A DNA stretch of 40,650 nt from a virus, in IMG/VR virus record IMGVR_UViG_3300029305_001264. One strand, given 5' to 3'. Shown piece by piece: positions 23,086-34,800 of this stretch. Under the pieces are notes generated by a model. It was not told the DNA's origin. It worked only from the letters and a program-made list of their open reading frames with translations, and did no database searches. The position numbers and the translations under genes are program-made. How positions within the stretch are numbered: position 1 is the stretch's first letter; every line of letters begins with the position of its first letter.

Positions 23086-23112
23086 AGAAACGCGTTTTGG
23101 ATTTGGTAAGAT
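23074..23112 (+). promoter_or_regulatory. Box-promoter copy 3: GTCCGGGGATAGAGAA-N17-TAAGAT (upstream of scaffold/capsid)
   Basis: The box at 23074-23089 overlaps the prp stop codon. Extended -10 TGgTAAGAT ends at 23112. Confidence 0.5.
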
Positions 23113-23175
23113 ATCTCCAGAACATGGGACTCGCCGCCCCTGTACCAAGCGGCAGATTAAATGTTCGGAGGCATA

Positions 23176-24219
23176 ATGATGCAAAATGATGTATGGTTCC
23201 TGCTTCAGCTCTTTGGCGGTGAGGGTGCCGGTGGCTCCGGCGGCTCTGCCGGCGGTGAGGGAGGCGGAACCGATTCGGGCGAAAACGCTGCCGCCGCCGG
23301 GCAGCAGAGACTGCGGGAACTGGGGGTCCCGGAGGATCGGATCAGAAAAAACCGGGCGTACCGGATGGGTCAGCAGCAGACGAGCCGCAAAGCCGGCGGC
23401 GAGGAGCAGCAGACCGGTCAGGAGCAGGCCGCCGCTGCAAAGAATGAGGATACCCCCACAGAGGAAGAAGGCAAGACGGCAGCCCAGGCTCCTCAGCGGA
23501 TGACCTGGGAGCAGATCATGGCAGACCCGGAATACAACAAGGCCATGCAGGCCACCATGCAGCAGCGGCTGAAAGCCAGCAAGGGCAACGAGGAAGCGAT
23601 GCAGAAGCTTGCTCCCGCCCTGGAGATGCTGATGGCAAAGCACGGTCTGGACCCGGCAAAGCCTGACTATGCCGCCCTGGCAGCCAAGATCATGGATGAT
23701 GACACTCTTTATGAGGACAAGGCCATTGAACTGAATGTGGACACGGATGTTGCGAAAAAGCTGACCCAGCAGGACATGGAGCTGAAGCGCCTGAAGCGGC
23801 AGGAGACCATGACTATGGAGCAGCAGCGCATTCAGCAGCACTTCGCGAAGCTGGAAGAGCAGGGACAGGCCATGAAGCAGCAGTTTCCTGGCTTTGATCT
23901 GAGAAAGGAGCTGCAGAATCCCGTATTTTCCCGGATGGTCAGCCCGGACAGCGGACTGACGGTGGAGGATGCTTACTACGCTGTTCATCGCAAGGACATC
24001 CAGAATGCCCAGGCTCAGGTGATAGCGAGCGGGGTAGCTAACCAGATGTCCAATGCTATTAAGGCGAACTCCATGCGGCCCAATGAATCCGGCGCAGGAA
24101 AGGCCCCCTCTGTGACGCACTTTGATTACAGAAAGGCAAGCAAGGCAGAGCGCAACGATCTGAAAAAGCGCATCCGCTCCGCTGCCGCAAGGGGAGAGAA
24201 AATCTATCCCGGCCAGTAA
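23176..24219 (+). CDS. Scaffolding protein
   Basis: GGAGG RBS. Acidic, Gln/Glu/Lys-rich helical protein between prp and the capsid gene. N-terminal LLQLF-GG motif. Confidence 0.7.
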   Translation: MMQNDVWFLLQLFGGEGAGGSGGSAGGEGGGTDSGENAAAAGQQRLRELGVPEDRIRKNRAYRMGQQQTSRKAGGEEQQTGQEQAAAAKNEDTPTEEEGKTAAQAPQRMTWEQIMADPEYNKAMQATMQQRLKASKGNEEAMQKLAPALEMLMAKHGLDPAKPDYAALAAKIMDDDTLYEDKAIELNVDTDVAKKLTQQDMELKRLKRQETMTMEQQRIQQHFAKLEEQGQAMKQQFPGFDLRKELQNPVFSRMVSPDSGLTVEDAYYAVHRKDIQNAQAQVIASGVANQMSNAIKANSMRPNESGAGKAPSVTHFDYRKASKAERNDLKKRIRSAAARGEKIYPGQ

Positions 24220-24267
24220 GGCCGAGACTCTCCCCCCAAATACAGTATTTTGAGGAGGAGAAAAAAT

Positions 24268-25347
24268 ATGTTTCTGTTTGATTTTATCCAGCTGTTTGCG
24301 GATGCCGGTACCCTGGTGAACGCCACCGGCGGCTATGTTAACTCCGGCACCGGTGCCGTGACCAATTTCAGTACCGGCTATACCCTGGCACCTGAGCTGA
24401 AGACCTTCTATGATACCGAGCTTCTGGAGAATGCCCGGGTAGAGATGTTTTACGCGCAGTTCGCCAAGAAGCAGCCCCTGCCCGCCAACAACGGTACCAC
24501 CGTGGAATGGCGCAAGTGGAACACCTTCGCTCCTGCCAGTCAGCTGCAGGAAGGTGTGATCCCCACCGGCCAGAGGTTCGGTGTAAGCACCAAGACCGGC
24601 TCCATTAACCAGTACGGTACCTACACCACCGTCTCTGACAAGCTGGAAATGCGGGCTTACGACGATGTGATCCTGGGCGCTACCGAGGAAATGGGCGCTT
24701 CCGCAGCTGAGACCCAGGAGAAGCTGATCCGGGACGCTCTGCTGGTGAACACCAATGTTATGTACTGCGATAACATCACCCTGGCTACCGGCGCTGTTGC
24801 CGGCACCCCCACTACCCCCGCAACGATGGAAGCCAGTACCACGGTGATGAGCATGATGACCCCTGCCATGGTTGCCAAGGCCGTGACCAAGCTGAAGAAG
24901 GACCGGGTGCCCACCATCAACGGCAAGTACTACGCTGTGATCCATCCCAGCGTTGCCGAGGATCTGCGCAAGAGCGATGGCTGGATGGAGGCCCACAAGT
25001 ACGCAGCCCCCGAGGAGATCTTCAACGGTGAGATCGGTGAGCTCCACGGCTGCCGGTTTATCGAAAATGTGTTTGCTCCCGTGCTGGGCAGCAGCTATGC
25101 CAACAAGGCCACCACCGTTACCTATGCCACCTACTTCTTCGGCAAGGACGGCTTCGGCATCATCGACCCCGAGGGCGGCGCTCTGGAGATGATCGTCCAC
25201 GACAAGAGCGAGATCGGCGGCCCTCTGAACCAGTTCAGCACCATCGGCTACAAGTTTGAGACCAACGGCGCTACCATCCTCTACACCGAGCGTGTGCTGA
25301 GAGTGATGAGCTGCTCTTCCTACTCCGCTACCGATGTGGCGAACTGA
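24268..25347 (+). CDS. Major capsid protein (HK97-fold type, 359 aa)
   Basis: ATG 24268 lies 8 nt after GAGGAGGAG, whereas the track start at 24250 is TTG. Follows the scaffold gene. N-terminal MFLFDFIQLF-ADAG propeptide-like motif. Confidence 0.8.
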   Translation: MFLFDFIQLFADAGTLVNATGGYVNSGTGAVTNFSTGYTLAPELKTFYDTELLENARVEMFYAQFAKKQPLPANNGTTVEWRKWNTFAPASQLQEGVIPTGQRFGVSTKTGSINQYGTYTTVSDKLEMRAYDDVILGATEEMGASAAETQEKLIRDALLVNTNVMYCDNITLATGAVAGTPTTPATMEASTTVMSMMTPAMVAKAVTKLKKDRVPTINGKYYAVIHPSVAEDLRKSDGWMEAHKYAAPEEIFNGEIGELHGCRFIENVFAPVLGSSYANKATTVTYATYFFGKDGFGIIDPEGGALEMIVHDKSEIGGPLNQFSTIGYKFETNGATILYTERVLRVMSCSSYSATDVAN

Positions 25348-25361
25348 TCCATGCAGTAAAA

Positions 25362-25387
25362 GGGTGAGGGGGTAACACCTCTCACCC
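25362..25387 (+). other. Stable 10-bp hairpin after the capsid gene (no T-run)
   Basis: Stem gggtgagggg/cctctcaccc with a 6-nt loop. Confidence 0.5.
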
Positions 25388-25406
25388 GGAATAAAAAGGA
25401 GGATAT

Positions 25407-25640
25407 ATGGAAGAAAAGAAACAGGATGCCCTGGTGGAGATCTTTGTCCCCAGAGGCAATGACAAAGACGAGAAGAATCTGCTGATCAGCGTCAACTGCA
25501 AGAACTACCTTCTGCCCCGGGGCCAAAAGAGCAAAGTCCCTGCCTATGTGGCTTATGAGTATGAGCGCAGCAAGCAGGCACTGGAAAAGTTCTATGAGAC
25601 CCAGGACGCACTGGTCAACAACAGCAATGCTCCGCAGTGA
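25407..25640 (+). CDS. Small head-module hypothetical protein (77 aa)
   Basis: AAAGGAGGA RBS. Confidence 0.55.
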   Translation: MEEKKQDALVEIFVPRGNDKDEKNLLISVNCKNYLLPRGQKSKVPAYVAYEYERSKQALEKFYETQDALVNNSNAPQ

Positions 25641-25646
25641 GCATCA

Positions 25647-25675
25647 AGCGGGGAGCGGGATGCTTCCCGCTTTTA
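25647..25675 (+). terminator. Probable terminator/attenuator
   Basis: Stem agcgggga/ttcccgct followed by TTTTA. Confidence 0.55.
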
Positions 25676-25693
25676 TGTTAGGAGGATGAAAAA

Positions 25694-26071
25694 ATGACAG
25701 TAATCCAGGCGATCAGTCAGGTGGATACCCTGAAATTCAACCAGTACAGCCACGGTGAGAAGATCCGGTGGCTGAATACCGTGGAGAACAGCGTGAAGCG
25801 GACAGTGATCGACTGCCACGAAGGCGGGGATGAGATCACCTTCACGGGCTATGACACCAAGGGCGGGGATGACCATACCCAGCTTCTGGTACCGCCCCCC
25901 TACGATGTGCTGTACCTTCGGTGGCTGGAGGGTATGATCGATTACCACAACGGTGAAAACGGCGGCTACAATGCCGCTATGGTGCTGTTTAACCGGGCAT
26001 TTGACGATTACCGGGCATGGTACGGACGGACGCACATGCCCAAGCGGGCATGCGCCAGATTCCTTTTCTGA
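25694..26071 (+). CDS. Putative head-tail adaptor/connector protein (125 aa)
   Basis: Assigned by position only. Confidence 0.35.
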   Translation: MTVIQAISQVDTLKFNQYSHGEKIRWLNTVENSVKRTVIDCHEGGDEITFTGYDTKGGDDHTQLLVPPPYDVLYLRWLEGMIDYHNGENGGYNAAMVLFNRAFDDYRAWYGRTHMPKRACARFLF

Positions 26072-26083
26072 GGGGGGAAGCGC

Positions 26084-27826
26084 ATGAGAATGCCTATGAT
26101 CCCGGAGCAGGCCATCAGCAGGGATATGATCGATACCTTCCGGGGGTACAACCACAACCCAAAGATCAATCCCAACGAATTTTACAACATGGAAAATATG
26201 ACCTCCGACTTCTACCCGCTGCTTGCGCCCAGGAGAAGACGGGGGCTTTGGAAAGAAGTGCCGGGTATTACCGGCATGATCGCAAAGGAAAAACTCTGCT
26301 ACACCCAGGGCAGTGACTTTGTGATGGGCGATGCGCGGTATGATCTGGGGCTGAACGATCAGCGGAAAGATCTTATCAGCATGGGCGCTTTCGTGATCAT
26401 CATGCCGGATAAGAAGTACATCAACACGGTGCAGCCGGAGGAGCGGGGTGATATCGAAAACCAGGTGGTGACCCAGGGGGATGTGCAGTTTCAGCTGAGC
26501 ACCATTGAGGGCGAAATATACGAAGGGGCTACGGTATCGGACACGGCTCCCGGCAGCCCGCAGAACGGCGCTCTGTGGATCGATACCAGCAGCTCCCCTC
26601 ACAGCCTGAAGAAATACAGTGAGGCTTCCTCCACATGGGTGAGCATTGCCAGCACCTATGTGCGCATCAGCTCCACCGGCATTGGAAGCGGCTTTGAACG
26701 GTATGACGGAGTTCAGATCAGCGGCATCGTCAGCGACAAGCTAAAAGATCTGAACGGTACGCTGACCATATGGGACAAGGGGGATGACTACCTGGTGCTG
26801 ATGGGCATCATCGATGAAGCGGTGACCCAGGAAGCAGCGGAGGGCAGCATCACCATTCAGCGGCGGATGCCGGAAATGGATTTTATCATCGAAAGCGAAA
26901 ACCGGCTGTGGGGCTGCCGCTACGGTACCAACCGGCACGGCGAGATTGTAAATGAGATCTACTGCTGCAAGCTTGGTGACTTCAAAAACTGGGAGTGCTT
27001 TATGGGACTCTCCACAGACAGCTACATGGCAAGCTGCGGCACCACGGGTCCCTTTACCGGGGCGGTGGCACACATGGGATACCCGCTGTTTTTCAAGGAA
27101 GACTGCTTCCATAAGGTGTTTGGAAGTATTCCGGCAAACTTCCAGATCCAGACAACGGCCTGCCGGGGTGTGCAGAAGGGCAGCCACAGAAGCATGGCGG
27201 TGGTCAACGAGGTGCTGTACTACAAAAGCGGCGCAGCGGTATGCGCCTACGATGGAAGCCTGCCGGCGGAGATCAGCTATTGCCTGGGCAATGAGCGGTA
27301 TTCCGGTGCTGTAGGCGGCGGTCACGGCAACAAATACTACATCAGCATGGCAGACCTGGACGGGCAGTACCACCTCTTCGTGTGGGACACGGCCAAAAAG
27401 CTGTGGCACCGGGAGGATAACTTTCAGGCAGACGGTTTCTGCGCTTTCGGCGGGGATCTGTTCGGCCTGGAGCACGGCACCGGCAGGGTGCTGCAGATGA
27501 CCCGGGGCGATGGCAGCGGAGAAGAGAAATGCGAATGGTTTGTGGAGACCGGTGAAATCGGACTGGAACTGCCGGACATGAAGTACATCAGCAGGCTGCT
27601 GGTGAGAGCCAGTCTGGATGTCGGCACAGAGATGCGGATCTTTGCCAGGTATGATTTTTCCGAGGAGTGGGAGCCGCTGTTCGCTCTGAGAAGCGCACAG
27701 CTGAAAAGCTACGAGGTGCCCATAAGGCCCAAGCGGTGCGACTACATGAAGCTGCGCATTGAGGGAGACGGCCCGGGCAAAATCTATTCCATTACCAAAT
27801 CACTGATGAAAGGAAGCGGAAGATGA
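26084..27826 (+). CDS. Large virion structural protein, putative tail knob/nozzle (580 aa)
   Basis: Assigned by position and size. Beta-rich, repeat-like segments. No motif recognised. Confidence 0.4.
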   Translation: MRMPMIPEQAISRDMIDTFRGYNHNPKINPNEFYNMENMTSDFYPLLAPRRRRGLWKEVPGITGMIAKEKLCYTQGSDFVMGDARYDLGLNDQRKDLISMGAFVIIMPDKKYINTVQPEERGDIENQVVTQGDVQFQLSTIEGEIYEGATVSDTAPGSPQNGALWIDTSSSPHSLKKYSEASSTWVSIASTYVRISSTGIGSGFERYDGVQISGIVSDKLKDLNGTLTIWDKGDDYLVLMGIIDEAVTQEAAEGSITIQRRMPEMDFIIESENRLWGCRYGTNRHGEIVNEIYCCKLGDFKNWECFMGLSTDSYMASCGTTGPFTGAVAHMGYPLFFKEDCFHKVFGSIPANFQIQTTACRGVQKGSHRSMAVVNEVLYYKSGAAVCAYDGSLPAEISYCLGNERYSGAVGGGHGNKYYISMADLDGQYHLFVWDTAKKLWHREDNFQADGFCAFGGDLFGLEHGTGRVLQMTRGDGSGEEKCEWFVETGEIGLELPDMKYISRLLVRASLDVGTEMRIFARYDFSEEWEPLFALRSAQLKSYEVPIRPKRCDYMKLRIEGDGPGKIYSITKSLMKGSGR

Positions 27827-27966
27827 ACAAACTGCCTTATCCCAGCGTTACCGGGGGAAATCCCCAGGAACAGGTGGCGCAGCTGAGAGCATACCTTTAC
27901 CAGCTGGTGGATCAGCTGAATTATCTGCTGGAGCAGATCGAAAAGAATCAGAAGAAGGAGGCATAG
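27823..27966 (+). CDS. Small coiled-coil protein (47 aa)
   Basis: ATGA coupling, stop TAG 27964-27966. Below the ORF-track cut-off. Confidence 0.4.
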   Translation: MNKLPYPSVTGGNPQEQVAQLRAYLYQLVDQLNYLLEQIEKNQKKEA

Positions 27967-27967
27967 T

Positions 27968-28873
27968 ATGGCAAACAAAGACCTTGATATGGAAAAGGAC
28001 GCGCTGCCGAAGGAGACCGGAACGGAGACGGAGAGCATGGGGGAGGCCGCTGTAAGGCTTCCCGGATACCAGAGCCAGTACACCGGACAGATCCAGGATC
28101 TGTACCAGAGTATCAGCCAGAGAGAGCCCTTCCAGTGGGACATGAACAGCGATGCCATGTATGAGGCGCTGAAGAAACAGTACATTTCCGGCGGCCAGAT
28201 GGCCATGATGGATACCATGGGTCAGGCGGCTACCCTCACCGGCGGCTACGGAAACTCCTATGCCCAGGGTGCCGGACAGCAGGCATACCAGCAGTATCTG
28301 CAGGGGCTGAATGACCAGATGCCGGATCTCTACCAGATGGCCCTGGAGAACTATATGGCCCAGGGTGATCAGATGCTCCAGAACTACAGCATGCTGATGG
28401 ATATGGATAACATGGAATACGGCAGATACATGGACAATATGGATATGATCCAGGCTCAGGTGCTGGAGATGCTGCGGGCAGGCCACAGACCCAGCCAGGA
28501 CATGATCGCGGCATCCGGTTTGAGCCAGGAGTATATCGATGCCATGTATCCGGAAAAGAGCGTCAGCAGCGGACCGGGCCTTGTGGAGAGCTGGTATAAC
28601 TGGCTGGCTAAGACTGCGCCGAAAGACCCCGTCACCGAACCCCTCACCGAACCCGTAACACTTCCAAAACCCAACAGAAGCAATTACGCTAACTGGGGTG
28701 CGGGTGAATGGAATGCGTATTTTGCGGAAATTGCAAACTCTGAATCCAGGGAAGCCGCCGAGGATGAATACATAGAACTGAACAGTTATGGCATTATTCC
28801 TGATGTTTACAAGTCCGCAGCCGCAAGGGGTACAATGGGATCTCTGGGAAGCTACGGCTCCAGAAGGGGGTGA
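27968..28873 (+). CDS. Met/Gln/Tyr-rich virion protein, possible internal protein (301 aa)
   Basis: GAAGGAGG RBS. Low-complexity QQAYQQYLQ...MLMDMDNMEYGRYMDNMDM. Confidence 0.5.
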   Translation: MANKDLDMEKDALPKETGTETESMGEAAVRLPGYQSQYTGQIQDLYQSISQREPFQWDMNSDAMYEALKKQYISGGQMAMMDTMGQAATLTGGYGNSYAQGAGQQAYQQYLQGLNDQMPDLYQMALENYMAQGDQMLQNYSMLMDMDNMEYGRYMDNMDMIQAQVLEMLRAGHRPSQDMIAASGLSQEYIDAMYPEKSVSSGPGLVESWYNWLAKTAPKDPVTEPLTEPVTLPKPNRSNYANWGAGEWNAYFAEIANSESREAAEDEYIELNSYGIIPDVYKSAAARGTMGSLGSYGSRRG

Positions 28874-28877
28874 TTAG

Positions 28878-31800
28878 GTGGCTTTTTCCGTTAGCGATGC
28901 GCTTTCTGAGAGAAAAGACCGGAAAGCGGCACAGAGCGGCCAGAACAGTTCTGGGAACATGGGCGCAAATAATGCTGGCCAAAGCAGACAGACCATCACG
29001 GGCAGTTTCAGTGTGTCGGATGCGCTCCGGAACAGGCAGAACCGAAATGGGAATCAGGGCAGCAATGTATCTGATCCCACCAGTATCATCGATCGCTACA
29101 ACTCTTTGGTAGGACAGTATAATGACAGCATTGGCGGCGGGCCCAGCTTCGGTGTAAGTGCGGATGATGTTCTTGGCTCCCAGCGGGACATGAGAGCGGA
29201 ATCCGCAGCCATTTACAACGAGCTGGATTCCTACAGAGCATATCTGGGAGACGATGTTGTCGATGATATGCTGTCTTCCCTTGAGGGCATGGTGAGCGGC
29301 TGGAACGATATCGTTTCCAAAGCAAAATACTATTCCCAGTGGGAAAGCCCGGAAGACTATGAGCACTTTACATATCTGAGCGGAATGGACCTGGCGGCGC
29401 AGACGCAGGCTATTGAGGATCAGGAGGCGGCGATCGCTGACCTTAAAAAGGCACGGCCCGGAGGGATCCTGGGCATGGCGCTGCATGGGGCGGGGTACTA
29501 CTCCACGGACGATTACCTGGCGGCGAATGATGATATCCAGGCGGCGGAGGACCAGCTGGCTCAGATGCGGCAGGACCTCTACGATGCTACCCTGCTCCAG
29601 CAGGGACAGCAGGAAAGCGCCTGGGAGAAGCAGTACAGCGGCATGAGCTATGACCAGCTGATGCCCATCATCCAGGGCATGGAGGAAGGTGCGGAGCGGG
29701 ACTGGCTGGAGGGCTATGCGCCCAGCACCATGACTGCCCAGGATATGACGGAAAAACAGGCGGAGAACAATACCGAGATCTACTACCTGGATCAGTTTGA
29801 AAAGGAATGGGAAGCCATTCTGGAGCGGGAATTCATGCTGCAAAACAGCGGGGAATGGACCAAGGCACAGCAGGACCAGATCGATGCGGAAAAGGAAGCG
29901 CTGCTGCAGAGATACGGTGTGGATTCCCTGGAGGCTGCACAGAGCCGCAGAGAGACCCTGATGGCTGAAAACTGGGAGCTGGATAACCGGGCTGCCTATG
30001 ACGCAATCCCGGAAGCGGAAGGCTTCCAGGCCAACAGCGGGGTGCCTGAGGGATACACCACGGGTACCGGCAGCGCAGTGAGCCTCTTTGACTACATCAA
30101 CGATATCGAAGGTGCCAGAGAGCGGGAGACTCTGCGGATGGCCGGACACGGCGAATCGCCCTATGCCATCTATGACTTTATGGACGATCAGCAGATCGGC
30201 ATATTCAACTACCTCTACAATGTCCAGGGCATGGATGCGGCGGAGGATTACCTGCAGTACATCCAGTATGACCTGAATGCCAAACGGAACCAGAGCATCG
30301 CCGCAGGGGCGCAGACCATTGCCCAGGAAGCGGGCGCAGCGGCATCGCTCTTCTCTATCCCGGCGATGATGATGAGCGGTCTGGGGATCCTGGATGTGGG
30401 AATGCAGCACCTGGGACGGGCGGTGAGCGGCGGATATGCGCCCATCGACTATAACCGGGGCGCTATGGCCTACAATACCATCGGCAGTACCATCCGGCAG
30501 ACCAGAGCCCAGCACTACAACGAGAAGGGCACCATCAACCTGAACGAAAACGAGCATCCTATTCTGGCGAGGCTCCTGAACGGCAGAGGCTGGGGCGATG
30601 TATACCAGCTGGGTATGAGCCTGGCGGACAGCTATCTGGTGGGCAATATCGGCAAGGTGACGGGTCTGGGCGGCAAAGCAACGCTGCTCCTCAGCGGAAG
30701 CGCAGCTACCCAGGGTGTGCTGGATGCGGTGGAGAGCGGTGCCAGTGATGAGCAGGCGCTGCTTATCGGTATCCTGAACGGCGCGGCAGAATACCTCTTT
30801 GAAAAATATGAACTGGATAATCTGCTGGGTCAGGACACCAGCTATCTGAAGGCCATCGCCAATCAGGCGCTGACGGAAGGCTTCGGCGAAGGCATGACTT
30901 CTGTGTCCAACGCACTGGTGGACTACCTGGTGATGGCGGAAAACAGCGGCCTGGAGCAGAAAGCCCGGGAATATATGCTGATGGGCTACAGCGAAAGCGA
31001 AGCCATGACCCAGGCTCTGCTGGACATCGCTGCGGATATCGGCTGGGATGTGATCGGCGGTATGGTCAGCGGTGCTGCCATGAGCGGCGGCTTCCAGGCT
31101 ACCCAGGCGGTGCTGACTCCGGCAGATGTTCGCTCCAACAGCAAGCGGCTGCGGGAGCTGGGCATGAGCCGGTTTGATGCGGACCAAAAAGCGGCGGAGC
31201 TGTATGACCTGGCCCAGGGCTATGGAGATGCTGCCGGGAACTTCCAGCGCAACTATGCTCCGGGGCAGGACACCGGGGAATATGCCCTGGAATTCCGGAC
31301 GGCCTACGAAATGGGCAAGGCGGGTGCTGACCGGCAGCGGCTGGGAAGCGACAGTTTCCGGGTGATGAGCCAGAGCCAGAGGGATATCGCCTATGACACC
31401 GGTGTGGAAGCCCGGAAGAAGGCTGCGGGCCGGGAAAAGACGGAGGTAAAAGCCACTCTGGAGGTGAGCGAAGACCAGAAAACCGTGCGAACCGACACCG
31501 GCAAGGAAGTGAAGATCGATGGTTTCGCATCCGTGGGCGATAAGGCTACTCTGAAAGTGGGCAGCGACACGGTGAAGATGACCGATGTGAGCTATGCCAG
31601 TGCGGAAGAAGCGGCGATGTATGAGACCGTGGCAACGGTGGCCGGGTCTGCATCCACAGCCAATGCCATGCTGGAGCAGCAGCGAAAGAGCGATGTTTCC
31701 CCCGTGGATTTTGCCAACGGACTCTGGGAAGCCTATGAGGCGGGCAGAATCGGCAGTGCGACCCGGGCGGAGCTTGGGCAGATGGAATTTGCCGGGAAGC

Positions 31801-34800
31801 TGCCGCTGGCGGTGCGGAACATCGCTTACAGCCGGGGCATTGACAGGGGCAGATATCAGGCCAATGCGGCGGAAGCAGTGCTGAAAGCCAAGGGCAAGCA
31901 GAACAAGGGCCAGCGGAAAGAAGGAAAGCTGCATTTCGACCGGAAGGGCAGGACCTTCAGCGATATTCAGGAGACCGGTCTGGCGGCGATGGAGAGCTTC
32001 AGCAAGGCGCTGGGCATCCAGGTGTATGTTTATGAGTCCTTCGTGAAAAACGGGGAGCGGGTCTATAAGAACGGCAATGGAGAGACCGTAAAGGCTCCCA
32101 ACGGCTTCTACGATCCGGAGACCGGAGCAATACACATCGACCTGAATGCCGGCAACTTCGGTCAGGGCACCATGCTGTTTACCCTGGCGCATGAGCTGAC
32201 CCACTACATCAAGCAGTGGAGCCCGGTGCGGTTCCGGGTGCTGACGGAAGCGGTCCTGAGAGCCTACAGCACCAAGGGCCAGAGCGTGAATGCGCTGGTG
32301 GAAAAGCAGATGGCAAAGGCCAAAGAGAGCGGCCGGAATCTGACACCGGAGCAGGCACTGGAAGAAGTAGTGGCGGACAGCATGGAGGCCATGCTGGTGG
32401 ACGGCAGCTTCGGAAAGGTGCTGGCGGACATCAAGGCCCGGGACAAAACGCTGTGGCAGAAGATCAAAGACTGGTTACTTGAAATTGCGGATAAGCTGAA
32501 AAAGGCTGCCGATGCATACCGGGGCATGAAACCTGACAGCGTGGAAGGCCGGATGGTCCGGGAGATGGATGGAGTCTTTGATGAGATCCAGAAGCTGTTT
32601 GCCGAGGGTCTGGTGGAGGCCAGTGAGAATTTTGCGGCTGCGGAAGGGCAAAAAAATACCACCCAGGAGGGTGGGGTGAAGTATTCGGACAAATATCTTG
32701 CCGCAGAAGTTGATCCCAATGTACTCAACATGGTCACGCAGGTCACATCTGGAAACTATTCCGACAACGATAAAGTTGAGCTTGGAAAAGTACCGGATGA
32801 TATCGCTGCGAAAATCAAAGAGATTACTGGTGTAGATCCTTCTGGTTTTCGTATTGTCATTGAGGCGAGGCAGATGCTTCATATCCTAAATGGCCATGGG
32901 TCAAACGGGGATGCTAACCGCTCGATGAAAGATCCGAATGATATTGCCAGGATCAAATATGTTATTTTTACTCCAGATGACATTCGTGGACCAGGCATGA
33001 CCAGAGCATATACGCATCAGCGAAAGGGAAAAGCAAGGCCTGCCCCCACCGTATTGTACGAAAAAAACATAGGCGAGAAATCGTACTATGTTGTGCAGGC
33101 CGTTCCTGACACAAAAGCAAAAACAGTATACATCGTTTCTGCTTTTATTGGCCCAAGTGGATACAAAAAAGAAGCCTCACAGCTCATCAATGCCTCAAAT
33201 GGCCCTGATGCAACGGCTAAACCCGGTTCTGTGGTGGCTTCTAAGAACAGTATACGAAAAGCTGAAGCAATTGTCAACCCCAAATCTGTGGAAGCCATGG
33301 ATCTGGAAGTAGACGAGAAGACGGAATCGGTAGCACCTACCGTTATGATGTCGGAGCGGACCTGGACGCAGTCTGAGTATGTGCAGGAGCGGGATATGGC
33401 TGCGCTGGCCATCAGCAAGGCAATCGGTGTAAGCATTCAGAAGGCAAAGGACTACATCGACAGCGTGAACAGCATCGCCAAGATGATCGCCGATGACCGG
33501 ACCAGGCTTGACTACTTCTCCAGTCCCGGAAGAAGCAGTTTTATCGGTAATGTGGAATACGGCGGCAGCTTTGATTTCTCTACACTTTGCAAGAAGCGGC
33601 GGCTGCTGACGGGCACCTTTACCGCTATCCAGAAAGCACTTCCCAATACGGCGCTGACGGCCAATGAGATCCTGGAGATCCGCAAGCGGATGCAGGATGC
33701 CGGTCTGGAGGTAAGCTGCGGGCTGTGCTATGTAGAAGGCAGCAGAGCCAATATGGGACAGTTTGCCAAGGAATTTCTGCGGCTGTACAAGCAGTATTAC
33801 CCGGATGGATGGCAGCCCAATATGGCGGATGTGAACACTCCCGAGGGAATCGAGTGGGTGCGGATCAATCACCCGGAGGTCTATGAACAGTATGAATACT
33901 TCTGGAACCACTACGGTACCCTGAAGCCCGGTGACAAGAATCTGTTTGCCAGCCAACAGAAGCCCAAGCTCTACCAGCTGCACACGGAGTACAAGGGGGA
34001 GATCCTCCAGAAATTCCGGAACGATGACAATGTGGAGGAGAAAAACATCAACGGCGGCATCCGGCTGCAGAGTTTCTCCGACTTTGAAATCGTGCATCTG
34101 ATCGACACCATGCAGATCATTATGGATATGAGCCTGGTTGGGCTTGCCGGTCAGGCATACACAAAGGTGCCGGACTTCGCATGGGCGCTGGGCGATACCG
34201 GCCTGAAGATCAATCTGAGCCTGATCGCAAAAGGTGTGGACGAAAATGGAAACCTTATCTTTGACGATGTGGAAGGTATGCCCATTCAGGAGGCCATGCG
34301 GCTGCGGGAGCGGTATTCGGAGAATGTTGGTACGATCCTGGTAGCCTTCAATGATGCACAGCTGAAAGCGGCGATGGCTGACCCCAGAGTGGACTTCATC
34401 ATCCCCTTCCACAGAAGCCAGTGGAAAAAGAGTCAGTATGAGGCTATGGGCCTGCCGAAGAATACCAAGGACTACACCTACATGCAGAACGAAAAGTACA
34501 TCAAGCCCCAGTACCATGAGTACAGAGGCAGGATGGTACGGGATAAGGCCACCAACTACATGCCCAACGAATACTGGGACTTCAGCAAGAGCGGAACGGA
34601 AAATGCCAGGGCTTATCTGGAAATGTGCGCCAGGAACAATAAGCGGCCCAAGTTCTACAAGCTTCTGACGGACAACAAGGACGGAAGCTACTCCCTGAAG
34701 GAAGACGGAAGCACGGACGGCTATTGGAAGCTGCTGATCGATTTCAAGATGTATGACAATCAGGGCAATGGCAGTCCCCAGCGGCCGGTGACTCCGGAAT

